64,000 bases of DNA from Octopus vulgaris. Taxonomy: Eukaryota. A model generated the notes under the pieces. That model was not told where the DNA came from. It did no database searches and was given only the letters and a program-made list of their open reading frames with translations. The position numbers and the translations under genes were made by a program. Location of the stretch: assembly GCA_951406725.2 (NCBI GenBank), contig OX597822.1, forward strand, positions 77,934,001 through 77,998,000, written 5' to 3'. Of this stretch, positions 40,125-53,900 are shown piece by piece (position 1 is the first letter of the stretch; every line of letters begins with the position of its first letter).

Positions 40125-40472
40125 CAGTAGTTTTCAACGGGAGTCCATGTGACCCCTGGGGGTTCATATAAGAATTTGGGGGGTCCACACGAGAAAAGTA
40201 GTAAATTGGGGACCAAAGAACTCCTTTATGGGTCCATTTAAAAATTTTGCTTCAAATATATTTGTTACAAGAAACAGTTAAATTTCTTTCTCTGGTTAGA
40301 GAAAAAAATTTAACTGTTTCTTGTAACCAGCTATTGAAACTTTTGTTTTTCAGATAATGTTATTTCAAACGTATCAAAAGAATAGTTTTTAAACATCAAA
40401 TCTCTATGGTGGTCCACCAGAATAAAACAATAATCAAAGGGCTTCATGTTAAAAAGTGGTTACGAACCACAG
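40125..40472. mobile_element. hAT-like MITE
   Basis: CAGTAGTTTTCAAC...GGTTACGAACCACAG; similar to 784-1013. Confidence 0.55.
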
Positions 40473-41432
40473 GTCCGTAGGCTACATGTTGGCACGTTGT
40501 AAATTAAATTGTTGTCGTTAACAGCCCCATCTCGGGAACGGAGAAGCCTGAAGAATTTGGATGGGATTCTCAAAATATTCCAAAGTGTCCCAGTACCTAC
40601 TTACATTCAGCTGAGAAATGCGTGATTTAATGTCAAATAACGGAAGAGGCACAGACTAGAGGTAATCTGTTAGTATTTGGGAATAACCAAAAGCATTGCA
40701 GTTGCTGTTGAAGGAAAATCCATTTATCCCGGAAATGTGAATTGCAGCCCAGACACACAATCCGGGTAAATACCAAAATTCATACAACAATCATATATAT
40801 TTTTTTAACAGGTCGATGTGTATATATGTGTGTGTGTGTATTTGTCCCTCATCACCGCTTGGCAACCGATGTTGGTGTGTTTACGTCCCTGTAAATTAGC
40901 GGTTCGGCAAAAGACACCGATCAGGCTTACAAGAAAAAGAAAAGAAAAATTAATACAAGGATTTATTCATTCGACTAAAAATACAATCAAGGTGATGCCA
41001 CCAGCCTGGCCGCAGCTTAATGACTGAAACGAGTAAAAGACGGATGATTAAAGATATATATATTCGTGTGCTCTGATGTGCGAAGCATCGACTGAAAGCA
41101 AACAAATTCAAATATGCTTGAGTGATATTTGAACCTGTAAAATTCACAGAAGACAAATTCAAATCTTCCCCGTCCCCTTCAATTGCGCATCTACACACGA
41201 ATAGTCACGTTCAAATCTGTCAGGGCGTAGCAACGTAAGCAGGATTTAAATATGCAAGTCACCGTTCGGATTTTCGCTGTTGACCACGCGCACGACGCTA
41301 AAGATTAAACTGATATAATTCCATAAACTCTTGGATTATTTCGTGAACATAAAGCGTTTTATTTGTTCAGACACTTTGTACGAAGACCGTAAGTTACATA
41401 ATTCAGTAACTGAATTATTATATTATTATATA

Positions 41433-41680
41433 TTGTGTTGGCGCATAATTATTGCGGCTTTTTTCAAGAAATTTTTATTGAACAAAAACAATAACAACAT
41501 GTACCAAAAACACCTTTAAATGATTATTCTGGAGCATATTCACCATCTACTTCAATTACTGCTTCCCATTTGCTTGGCAGACGATCTAACCGTCATTTAA
41601 AGATGTTGTTAAATATTATTGTTTTTGTTGAATAAAATTTGTTGAAAAAAAAAAGCCGCAATAATTATGCGCCAACCCAA
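41433..41680. mobile_element. mariner-derived MITE, copy 1
   Basis: TA|TTGTGTTGGCGCATAATTATTGCGGC...GCCGCAATAATTATGCGCCAACCCAA|TA; internal LPSKWEAVIEVDGEY on -. Confidence 0.85.
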
Positions 41681-41762
41681 TATGCACACATGCATACATA
41701 CATACATTTATATATATATACATATGTATATAGTTATATAAATATATATACATATACATATA

Positions 41763-42014
41763 TTAGGTTACTGCATAATTATTGCAGCTTTTTTCAAACA
41801 AATTTTATTCAACAAAAACAATAACATGTAACAAAAACATCTTTAAATGATTACTCCGGAGCATATTCACCATCTACTTCAATTATGGCTTCCCATTTGC
41901 TTGGCAGACGGTCAGACCGTCATTTAAAGATGCTTTTGTTAAATATTCTTATTATTTTTGTTGAATAAAATTTGCTGGAAAAAAAAAAGCCGCAATAATT
42001 ATGCACCAACTCAA
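41763..42014. mobile_element. mariner-derived MITE, copy 2
   Basis: Same structure as 41433-41680, diverged. Confidence 0.8.
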
Positions 42015-42396
42015 TCTTAACATTTTCCAACGTCGTTTACACTGCTTTGACGAACCGTTAGACTATTCTTAATACTTGTTCGTTGTTACTATTTTTTTCT
42101 TTCCTGTTAAGGGTTAAACAAGAACAAATTTTTAACAAAATGTCACGAAGCTTATGGACCTATAACCTTCTCTTTGAAAAGAACGACCCTTATGTAAAAT
42201 TTCATTGGCTTAGTTGGAAAACTGTGGCCTACAACTTGGATGATGTGTGCGTGCAATCACTAATACACACACACATACACACACACATACATACATTCAT
42301 ACATACATACATACATACATACATACATACATACATACATACATGCATACATATCATACATATATACATTATATGTGTATATACATACATACATAC

Positions 42397-42448
<52 letters not shown>

Positions 42449-42598
42449 GGAGGGAGAGAGAGATAAAGGAGAGTGAGAGAGCGCGGAGAATAAGAATGAG
42501 AGAAATAAAGATAGATGCATGCATTTATATGCTCCTATATATGCATATGTATATATATGCATATATATATATATATATATATATATGTATACACACAC

Positions 42599-42647
<49 letters not shown>

Positions 42648-42710
42648 TGTGTGTGTGTGACTCCGTATGTTTCTCATGCGCTGTATGCGGATGTGTCTGT
42701 GTGCATGCGA

Positions 42711-42746
<36 letters not shown>

Positions 42747-44053
42747 CAGACAGACAGAGACAGACAGACAGAGACAGAGAGAAAGCAAACGTGTGTGTGT
42801 GCGCGCGTGCGCACAATTTAGGTCACTCGCTTTTCTCTAAAGATCACAGAACCCAGAGCAGCAGGGACGAACGAGAAGGAAAGAAAGCAGAGAAGAGTTA
42901 TTATAAGCTATAAAATAATAGTTTCATTGATTTCTTGCATGGAATTTTTTTTGATGTCGGACTCCACATAAGTTCAATATAAAAAAAAAACGAAACAAAT
43001 TCAAAATTAAACAGGCCCATAGGATAGTAAACAAAAAATATTCAGAATAAAAACAAAACCAATAAAATAATAAAAAAAAAACAAAAGAACTGTAAACGAA
43101 AGAATACTGATAATATCTTGAAAATTCCAGCCAACTCGGCAGAATTTGCAATAAGTTACACAAGAATTTCGTATATTGTTTGTTTTTTAATTTTTGTTTT
43201 TTTTTTGGTATTTTGGTTTTCTCTCGCCACTCCTAGAAATATGCAATTAATATCGAATGAAATGAAGAGCTTGAAGGTTGATGTTTTGGCTATATTATAC
43301 GTGTACGTGTATACGCACACACAATATGTGTGTGTGTGCATACATATATGTATACATATATTCATAATATATATATATATATATATAGTCGTATGTATGT
43401 CTCTGTGTCTATGTGTATGTATGTATGTATGTATGTATGTATGTATGTATATGTTTGTGTGCGAGTAGGTATGTGTTCATATGTGTATTAATGTATGTAT
43501 ATGTGTATACACACACACACACTTAACTGAAAGTTATGATTACTTTCAATGAAGTAAGTGTTCATATATAAATATATATATATATATATTATACATGTGT
43601 GTGTGTATGTATGTATGTATGTATGTATGTATGTATATATGTATATATATATGCATTATATAGATACATACATTCGTATTTATGTATGTTGTTAGATAGA
43701 TAGATATAATGTGTCTTATATAATTATATACGTGTAGGTATATACTATTTTTGTTTTTAATGGTTAGAAAATTACAAAAGCCTCCCAAGGCCGACAGTTT
43801 CACACTAACTTCAAATCTTTGAGTTCGTTTCATTGAATTTTTCTTGAAATGTTTAATTAAAAAATAAAATAATTTCGGAGATTCATGTGAAAACTGCGAA
43901 ATTTCAAATAATCTGTTCTTTAAAAAATGGTATACATGAGAGAAGAAAAAAATGCAGACAAAATTATTGCATACACACGCATATGTGTGTGTATGTCAAC
44001 CGCTGAAAACTACAACTTTTTCTCATTCGCTCTCTGTTTATTTTCTCTTATTC

Positions 44054-44089
44054 CTTTCTGTTGAAGAGCATAGGCTCGAAACATAAAAG
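44054..44089 (+). ncRNA. Variant hammerhead motif in a short element (~44000-44165), same family as 18705-18870
   Basis: CTTT-CTGTTGA-A-GAGCatagGCTC-GAAA-CATA-AAAG. Confidence 0.5.
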
Positions 44090-44242
44090 ACTTTTTTCCT
44101 TTTTCCCGAGCGTCAAACTAATAAACTAGCTTTTTGTTCATATACCCGTCTTCGTCTTTTCCTTTTCTAGAAATCTCAACTATACATGCATGCATACATA
44201 CATACATACATACATACATACATACATACATACATACATACA

Positions 44243-44274
<32 letters not shown>

Positions 44275-45094
44275 CATACATGCACAGATACACGCACAGA
44301 TGCAACAGGACCATTTATGGCTTTAATAACATATTGATGTACTAACATATCCATAGAAATATGTGTAAAGAAATACAATTCAGTATATGTATTTACTTAC
44401 GAACATACATAAGTGTGTGTGTGTCTATGTGTGTGTGTGTGTGATGATGATGATGATGATAATGATGATGATGACGATGACGACGACGATGACGATGAGG
44501 TTGATGATGACGACGACGACTACGATGATGATGATGATGATGACGACGACGACGATAATGGTGATGATACAAAACAAAACAAAGAAAAGGGATTAATTGG
44601 TAGGGCATGACTATTAAAGCAAATAAATAAAATAACACAAAGCCTCAATCTAAATGTAAGCGGATTTGTGTAAACTGTGTTTAATCATCGTCATCACACA
44701 ACATGATAGCAGCGATTGCTTCCTTACTTATTAATCCGTCCGCTGCAACTCCACTGTTTCTCAACTGCTTCTCCGCTGATTATCCGTAACGTGAACGGGG
44801 GAGGTGGGGTTGAGTGGAGTTAGGGGTGGAGGTTAGTCGGTCGAAGCCCAAGGTTGGGAATGAGGGTAAACTTTGCGGTTCAGTGGCTTAAAGAAGAATC
44901 CTTCCCAACAAAGTGATGTACGCAATTATGCAACGATGCATGTAGCATTCACCTCTTAGATAATGATTCGCTGCCGACTCGACACTGAATTTCGCCAATA
45001 ATATTCACGAAAGAGAAAGCTGTTATAGTGTGCATACATATACACATACATAAATTCATATATACACACATACACACACACACACACACACACT

Positions 45095-45126
<32 letters not shown>

Positions 45127-45648
45127 CATACACACACATGGAGAGACAGAGACTGAGAGAGAGGGAGAGAGACAGACAGACAGATCGATCGATAGATAGC
45201 TAGGTCGATAGATTGATAAGTTGAGAGATAGATGGATGGATGGATGGATGGATAGAGAGACAGAGAGAGAGGGAGAGATAGAAGGAGAGAGAGGGAGATG
45301 AAAAAGAGAGAGAAGGAGAGAGAGAAAGAGAGATGATGATGTCTGCAATTCGATTTCGAGCATTTCTATCTTCTGATTGCACTCTTAAGAAGCGGTTCTC
45401 AGTCTTGCTGGGGACCTATACTCCTTTGCACAGAAAGCGCTAACGATGGGTGCCTCTTGCAGCAGGTGTTCAGACAGTTACCACCAACGCTGACTCATGC
45501 CTTCATTGTGTTACCACCAACGCTGACTCATGCCATCCATTGTGTGCGACTCATAACAGTGATGCTAAAATTCAAAAGCAAACGATACCTGTGCAAGCTT
45601 CTTACAGCGAGGAAAGGCTTTGTAAATGGCCAATTCTACTCCCTAAAT

Positions 45649-45919
45649 CAGTTGTTCTCAACAAGGGTCTCCACGGCCCATGGAGTCTATATGATTCATG
45701 GGGTTCACATGACATAATATATGATTTTGTTAAATTTATGTGCAGTAAATTATGCACAAAATATTTTTAGAATTTTTTTAATACAATTCCTACTGATATT
45801 TAGATATAAAAAAATGTAATAGGATTTTTAAAACCTCAAATGACCATGAGGGCCCAGTAGAGAAAACAGAAATCAAAGAGGTCCAACTCCATAGGAATAA
45901 ATGTGGTTGAGAACCATTA
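45649..45919. mobile_element. hAT-like MITE
   Basis: CAGTTGTTCTCAAC...GTTGAGAACCATTA. Confidence 0.6.
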
Positions 45920-46345
45920 CTTTAAACAGTGTGAGCATTTGCCCAAAATGAACGCGTCTACATCATCGAATACAGACGATGTTGCAGATATAATGATATA
46001 GGTACACACACACAACAGCTCGCATACACCCACATACCCGAACACACAAGCACATAGACACAGACACGCATGCACACACATTTATTCCACACTCTAATAT
46101 AGTTTGAACTTTCATAATAGCACTTCTCTTAGCAATCTGAATCTATTTATTATTTCATTCGTAATGGCACTTTAAGTAATATTTCAAACGTCTTATCTAC
46201 ATTAGTGCATAAGACATTTATATATCAATTCTCTGCAATTTAATTACTTGCAAGATCTTTTACAACTAAATTACTGTGTAGCATATATCTTTTAAATTTT
46301 GTACTACAATTTCATTCATTATATTATAGCGTAATAACATCAATG

Positions 46346-46396
<51 letters not shown>

Positions 46397-46401
<5 letters not shown>

Positions 46402-46557
46402 AGGTGTGGCTGTGCGGTGAGAAGCTTGCTTCCTAACCACATGGTTCTGGGTTCAGTCCCACTGCGTGACACTTTGGGCAAGTGTCTTCTACTATAGCCT
46501 CGGGCCGACCAAAGCCTTCAGAGTTGATTTAGTAGACGGAAACTAGAAGGAACCCGT

Positions 46558-46614
<57 letters not shown>

Positions 46615-46803
46615 GTGTGTGTGTGTGTATGGATGTATATATTTATGTGTGTGTCTTTGTGTCTGTGTTTGCCCCTTCACCATCGCTTGACAACTGATGA
46701 TGGTGTGTTTACGTCACCGTAATCTAGCGGTTCGACAAAAGTAGCCGATAGAATATTACCAGGCTTACAAAGAATAGGTCCTGTGTTCGATTTCTCCGAT
46801 TAA
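46397..46803 (+). mobile_element. SINE family B, 3'-truncated
   Basis: Family B head and body. Confidence 0.85.
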
Positions 46804-46804
46804 A

Positions 46805-47974
46805 AGGTTATGTTTCTGCCAATGTTTACATCGGTATGCACGCTCTATAACCGTGTTTACAAGGGTGGTGTTTTTAGAAAAAAGAATAAAAAATAGTTCA
46901 GAATTACAAAGAAGAGAGAATTCCTTGCCTTTATCATTGGGTATCGAAATTGAGAGAATCAACAAATCTAAATTAAATTGTTTATTGTGGTCTTTTAGAT
47001 ACCGAATTAATTTACTAAGCCCTGTACTGTTACGTTTATTCCTATACTTAAATCTAGAGTAATGATTAAAAATTATTTGTGCTGCCTATATAAAAAATAC
47101 TTCATTACCAGAAGTAATTTTACACTGATATATAGAATTTTTAATTTTAGAGTTACTTGACATAAACTTGATTCTGTTATAATTGACTTTTGATACAATA
47201 ACCTTGTTATTAATATTTCTAGGGAGATGGATGGTATTAGCTAAATTAATGTTAGTATTAGTAAATATATCCCTATTTAACAGGCTAATATTATGTGAGG
47301 AGATAATTTGTAAGAGATTTTTTGTGTGTGAGTTGATAATAGAGTAATATCTAGAATTCTTTGCACGAAATTGCAAAAGAAGACTAAATTTAATTTGCCT
47401 CCCATAAGGAATAATTAACCAAATAGTTTTACTATTAATTATTTTATTTTTAGTGTAACTATCTTTGAAAGACATAGATTTACCTTTAGAACGAAAATAG
47501 GGGTTTAAATAAGGGCTATCTCTGTTCCTCTGTTTGGTGTTGGTGTATAAATTAAAATTGATATTGTTTATATCCTTACAACGAGATTTCATATCTCCAT
47601 TAGTAAAGGTAGAATAACATTGAATGGAATTAATGTAGGTAACTTTCTCTGTATAAGCTGCTTTAAGTAAGGTAGAGTTATAAAATTCAACCTTATCACT
47701 GAAAATGTCAACATTAGCAGATAACTTAGACAATCTAAATGAAATATTATTAACTAAGTTCCTTGTAATTGCCCTAGAATGATTACTGAATTTGCTAATA
47801 TACTTAAGATTGGTCGATGGTTTGTGGTATGGGAAGTATGAATTATTGTACGAGTTAAGTGTAATATCTAAAACGTTGGCCTTCGTTACAGCATCATCAA
47901 AAACGATGCTTAAGCCCATTCTACGGAAAAAGTTAACTAAACTATTCTTAACTTTTTGTACTTTTTGGTTGGAA
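46805..47974 (-). mobile_element. Penelope-like element remnant: RT thumb plus GIY-YIG endonuclease
   Basis: LDITLN..YFPYHKP..YISKFSNH..ISFRLSKLS (PLE thumb); SIYQCKIT..NHYSRF..NSTGLSKLI..LLCNSE..RCKH (GIY-YIG and C-terminus); degenerate. Confidence 0.85.
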
Positions 47975-48022
47975 CTTTATAAAGTTTGACAATAAGTTGT
48001 AGGTCCGTAAGGACACACCAGA

Positions 48023-48192
48023 CGGTTTTGATGTTACAATGGGAAGTTCTGATTCAGCACAAGTAGCTGATTTAGCCTGCATATATATATACTTTTTGAA
48101 ATGGCAGAACAGTTCTAAACATAAATGGAGGTCTATATCATGATGATTGGTTACTTTACCTTCAAAATGTTTCCGACCAAAATGTACAAAAA
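48023..48192 (+). mobile_element. Inverted PLE RT catalytic-core fragment
   Basis: FDVTMGSSDSAQVADL...GGLYHDDWL (PLE FDVTMGS..YRDD motifs) on the strand opposite the adjacent thumb/EN part. Confidence 0.8.
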
Positions 48193-48299
48193 CAAGGAAT
48201 TACAACTTTTTTACTTGTGTATTTTTTTTGCTACCCTGGTAACTATTTATCAATTTTTCCGTGTTAATTGTTAACAAGGGAAAAATACAGACATCTCTC

Positions 48300-48429
<130 letters not shown>

Positions 48430-48845
48430 AGTATGTATGTATGTACACTACAATTTACATATGCATATGTATGTATGTATATATATATATGTGTGTGTGT
48501 GTGTCTGTCTGTGTGTATGTGTACAGAGAGAGAGAGAGACAGACAGACAGAGACAGAAACATAGAAAAATAGATAAACCAATACAGATACAGATTTAGAC
48601 GACTGAATGATAGGTTTTGACGTTTTCTACGGTAAGGAACATCGGTCGGTAGGGACAGTCTCTTCTCACTGCCTCTAATTCTGTCAAACACGTGACAAAG
48701 AAAAGTCTTGAATAGTTAAAACGCTCATCACTCAAAGCTATTTATAGTAGCTATAAACTTGGAGACAACCTGTCGAATTTGCATAACAATCTATAATGTA
48801 CATTAATTGAATTTATTTATCCATTCCGTGAAAATCTACTGAAAG

Positions 48846-49040
48846 CCAAATGTGTTCCACAAAAGATGCTTGAGAAAGTTTCTGATAACGTACCGAGAAG
48901 ACCGCGTAACCAATGAAGATATTCTGAAGAGAGCCAACACAACTTAACAGAATCTTCATGGAATGAAGATTAAAACGAGCAGGTCATGTATTCCGGCGAT
49001 CAGAACAACGCCATTCTATAAAACCTTTTAATAGGCACTA
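48846..49040 (+). mobile_element. RTE-clade LINE fragment
   Basis: NVFHKRCLRKFL..EDRVTNEDILKRA..AGHVFR. Confidence 0.65.
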
Positions 49041-49337
49041 ACTGAGGTGGGGGGGCTGAAAACAATATGGCGCAGAGCAATCATAACTGACATGTGGGAG
49101 ACCAATGCAGAGAAAACCGCATCCAACATAGACAGGTGGCTTCATCTTGCTGCCCAATGTGATCGAGGGCGCAGAAGGAACTGGTCCTGATACAGATTCA
49201 CCCATTATGCACAACACCAATGGCTCTCAACCGAGGTCCATATGGACCTTGGTGGGTGCGGATAAGATTTTGTTGCTAAAAGTTATGTACAAGAAATTGC
49301 TTATACGTCTACAAAATATCTTAATTTTATTATATAA

Positions 49338-49461
49338 TTCCACGGGCATATGGCGTAGTGGTTAAGAGCGCAGGCTACTAACTCCAATATTCCTTGTTCG
49401 ATTTCAGGCAGCGACCTGAATAATAACAACAACAACAACAACAACAACAATAATAATAATG

Positions 49462-49497
<36 letters not shown>

Positions 49498-49636
49498 TCG
49501 AAAAATAACTTAGGAATGAGAACCCAGGTTCGAAATTTTCCCTAGACACCTGATGAAGGCTGGAGGGTATATCAGCCGAAACGTTGTGTTAACAACAAAC
49601 AAGATGAGGACAAATATCCGTCAAATGTAAATAATG
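49338..49636 (+). mobile_element. tRNA-headed SINE-like element with a 3' hammerhead ribozyme
   Basis: A-box TGGCGTAGTGG, B-box GTTCGATTT, (AAC/AAT)n linker, hammerhead at 49545-49590, flanking direct repeat TATATAA (49331-49337 and 49637-49643). Confidence 0.75.
49545..49590 (+). ncRNA. Minimal type-I hammerhead ribozyme
   Basis: GACAC-CTGATGA-A-GGCTG(gagggtatat)CAGCC-GAAA-CGTT-GTGTT: intact core, 5-bp stems I and II, palindromic minimal stem III. Confidence 0.75.
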
Positions 49637-50026
49637 TATATAAGAATCTGTTTGTTTTTTATACATTGAATGGTTATGGAGGACCAGTGGAGTAAAGCAG
49701 GAATCAAAGAACTCCATAGTGGAAAAGAATGGTTGATAACTACTGAACTACAGGATTTTTTCAAGAAACTTTATATATAAAGTGTACATTTTATTAATAA
49801 ACATACAATTTCAGCTTTACTGTGAAAACAAAGTGATTACGTCAAAATCCTTATCTTTTCTCTCTCCGCGGATAAAACAAATTAGTGTTCTTTCTTTGAT
49901 GAAAGTCTATTTATGCTAACACACATTGAATACATATAAATGCACATGCATATGAATATTGTTTCATCGCATTGGCATTGGTTCGTGACGGGCGTGAAGT
50001 TGTACGTATGTGTCTGCTGTATGCAT

Positions 50027-50093
<67 letters not shown>

Positions 50094-50301
50094 TGTGTGT
50101 GTATTATATTGCATTATATCATACAACTCTGTGTTCCTGTTTAATGACAATGCACACTTTCATTTATGCATGTCTATTAATAGATGCATATATTGAGATC
50201 AATAAATGCGGGCCTGTACCACAAAAGATAACATTTATCATCCCCCAGCTAGTTCCATATTCTAATATATATGTGTACATGTGTGTGTATGGTGTGTATG
50301 G

Positions 50302-50332
<31 letters not shown>

Positions 50333-50354
50333 TGTATGTATGTATATATGTATC

Positions 50355-50402
<48 letters not shown>

Positions 50403-50482
50403 TATATAAGTATGTGTATATATGTATATAAATATGCACGTATATGTATGTGAAGGCATGCATACATATAAATATAAATACA

Positions 50483-50543
<61 letters not shown>

Positions 50544-51067
50544 ATATGTATGTTTCTATGTATGTGTGTGTATGTATGCATGTATGTGTATATCTATAAA
50601 TGATTTTGTGTGTATGTAACGCTATTTTAGAAAATCGCTAACATGCATATATGCTGACCAGACAGACAGGCAGACAAATATATATATATACACACACGCG
50701 CGCAAAAACACACACTTGTACTCACATACACACACGTACACACACACAGGCACAGGCATACCCACGTGTATTCACATATACGCACATGTACTCACATACA
50801 CCCACATGTACTCACATACACCCATACGTACACATACATACATATATACATGCATGTATGTATGGGCATATGTAACGCTACTATATAAAGTCCTTTATGC
50901 ACATACAACCACACACACCTCCACATACACACACATATGTATGTATGCATGCATAAATGTATGTCTGCATGTATGTATCTATGCATGTATGCATTTATGT
51001 ATGTAAATATGCATGTATGTATGCATGTATGTATGTATGCATGTATGTATGTATGTACGTATGTATG

Positions 51068-51109
<42 letters not shown>

Positions 51110-51195
51110 TGTATGTATTTATGCATGTATGTATATATGTATGCATGCATATGTGTATATATTTATGTGTGGATGTATGCATGAATGTATGTATA

Positions 51196-51228
<33 letters not shown>

Positions 51229-52340
51229 ATAAGTATGTATGTATGTATGTATGCATGTATGTATGCATGTATGTACGTATGTATATATGCATGGATGTAT
51301 GTATGCATGTATGTATATATGTATGCATGCATATAAGTATATATATGTGTGTATGTATATAAGTATATATATATGTATGTATGTATATATATATGTATGT
51401 ATGTATGTATGTATATATATTTATATATGTATGTTTGTATATATGCAAATCTATCCTATCTGAGTATTTCTTTTAATATTAATGTTGTTGGTAATGAATT
51501 GTTGTTCCAGTTGATGCATTTCTGTTGTTTAGACAACACTGCAGGATATTGCAGTTCAGTAAACACATCAATCGCTATCATTTTGTTCTTAGTGCAGTGT
51601 TTGCTTATTCTTCATTTTGCAAAGAGACGAAACACGATGAGAAACACGAAGAAAACACAAACAAAAAAAACGAAAAAGCATAGAAAGAAATTTAACGAAG
51701 GCAAAAAAAAAGCCCCAAAATAAAAATAACAATTGTGGAACCGAAAATTGATATGAATAATATATTAAGAAAGCAGCAGTAACAAGCAAATGGAGTAGCT
51801 AGTGGCGGCGGCGGCGGCGGCTGTGGTGGTGGTGCTGCTCCTGCTGCTGCTATTGATGATGATGATGATGATGATGATGATGACGACAATGTTTTCTTTT
51901 AGTTACTTCAGGGGCATCAGATAAGAGGGACATTACAAGGACAGTTTACAATGTGCGTACATTTTTTAGATATATTTTTATAAACGATGAGAGGAAGAAA
52001 TGGAGAGGAGGAGGAAACAAGATAAATGTATACATAGTCTACAAAATATGTGAGCAAATCTCTAACTCTTGGTACGAGAGGACCTGCAACCAGAACCAGA
52101 CAGGGAAATCCATAAATCCAGAATCACTCTGAACATCAAGGGCACAAGCCCTCGCTCAACTACAAACACGTGCTTAGAGCAGGTTTATTCATCTTAACCA
52201 TTTTTGCCAGTCGTCCGACTTTAATAAATTCTCTGAAAGGGAGCTTTCTCTCTCCTTTCACTTTCACTTTACAAGGTGATCTTTCCTCAATCTTTTCAAC
52301 CACATTTACCACAAAACTTCTTTCATTATGGCCACTAGAT

Positions 52341-52730
52341 CAGTGGTTCTCAACCATTTATTGCCTTTGGGCTCTTTTCGTTCTTATTTTATTCACGAGG
52401 ACTCTCATAACCATTCAAAGTTCAAAGAACCCTATTATAGTTATATAGTCAAATATTATTCGGCTCACGATCGTAAGATCGGTAGTTCGATTCCCAGTGG
52501 TTCGTTGTGTCCTTGAGCAAGACACTTTTTTACACGTTATTCCAGCCCACTCATCTGGTTAAAAATGAGCAGTACCTGTAATTTACTTTCTGTGTCACGC
52601 TGAATCACCCTGAGAACTACGTTAAGAGTACACGTATCTGTGGAGTGCTCAGCCACTTTCATGCTAATTTCACGGGCAGGCTGTTCTGTTGATCGGATCA
52701 ACTGGAATCTTCGTCAGCATAACCGTCAGG
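52341..52730. mobile_element. hAT-like MITE end (52341-~52455) followed by SINE family C (+)
   Basis: CAGTGGTTCTCAACC terminus, then ggctcacgatcgtaag..gtgtccttgagcaagacac. Confidence 0.7.
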
Positions 52731-53204
52731 GTTTCTTTTCTCTCTCTTTCTTTCTTTCTTTCTTTTAGAATGGAACAGCGTGTCAGACAGAATCGCAGAC
52801 AAGGTAGCAATATCGAACAATAATATTTGAATTTTCGAAGAAAACTTTGCTACTAGCAATTAATAAATGTACTGAAATATCAAACAGAATATTGTGGTTG
52901 TCCATGCGTTACAGAATAAATAAGATAGAGAAAACAAGAAATAAAAAAAAATAACAAAATAAAAACGCATCAGCCAATCACAGACTGAGAATAAAATATT
53001 GGAGAAACAAGCAGAGAAAGGGAGTGGGGTGGAAATGGAAAACAACTACTAACATCAACAAAAATAAGAGTTGCTTAAATATTAAAAATTAAGCGTGATT
53101 AAAATGAGACTGTGAAGAAAGACGTAGAAAATACAAAGAAACACTTAACAAAAAAAAGAAAAGAAAAATTTTGGGGAAGCTTTTAAAAGGAGGGAGTGGG
53201 GAAT

Positions 53205-53900
53205 TATCATTTCTGCTAAAGGAACAAGACCTGACGTTTTAGGGAAGGGCGTAAGTCGATTACATTGACCTCGGTGCTTGAATGATGCTTATTTTACCGA
53301 CCCCGGAAGGGATGAAAAGCAAAGTCGACCTCGCCGGAATTTGAACTCAGAACGTAAAGAGCCAGACGAAATACAGCTAAGCACTTTGTCCGATATGCTA
53401 ACGATTCTGCCAGCTCACCGCCTCAGGTGGCGGCGCGGAGAATAAGAGAGAAAAATAGTGCAAACGCATTAATGAGAGAGAAAATATGTTTGTGTGTATG
53501 CATTATGTGTGTGTGTGTGTGTGTGTTGATGCCCCACTATCATTTGACAACTGGTGTTGGTTTGTTTGCATTCCCATAATCTAGCGAATCGGCATAAAGA
53601 GAATGATAGAATAAGTACTGGCTCGATTTGTCCAATGATAGAAACCATTAAAACTGGCGTGGTTGTGTGGTAAGAAGCTTGCTTCTCAACCACTGCGTGG
53701 TACCTTGGGCAAGTGTCTTCTACTATAGCCTTGGGCCGACCAACGCTTTGTGAATGGATTTGGTAGACGGAAACTGAAAGAAGCCCGTCGTGTATATATA
53801 TTTATGTGTGTGTGTGTCTTTGTGTCTGTGTTTGTCTCCCACCACCATCGCTTGGCAACCGATGTTGGTGTGTTTATGTCCCTGAAGCTTAGCAGTTCGG
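53205..53900. mobile_element. SINEs: A(-) 53205-53423, B(+) fragments 53510-53900
   Basis: Matches to the recurrent SINE sequences. Confidence 0.8.

Larger units (their letters stand above)
49218..49745. mobile_element. hAT-like MITE interrupted by the hammerhead SINE
   Basis: CAATGGCTCTCAAC...GTTGATAACTACTG; the two halves match 784-1013. Confidence 0.6.

Noticed and set aside
45477-45544. 33-bp tandem duplication with TGACTCA in each unit
   Set aside because: Two copies only; an ordinary local duplication with no supporting context
49344-49417. Functional tRNA gene
   Set aside because: The acceptor stem does not pair and the anticodon stem is imperfect; it is a SINE head. The same applies to the other SINE heads
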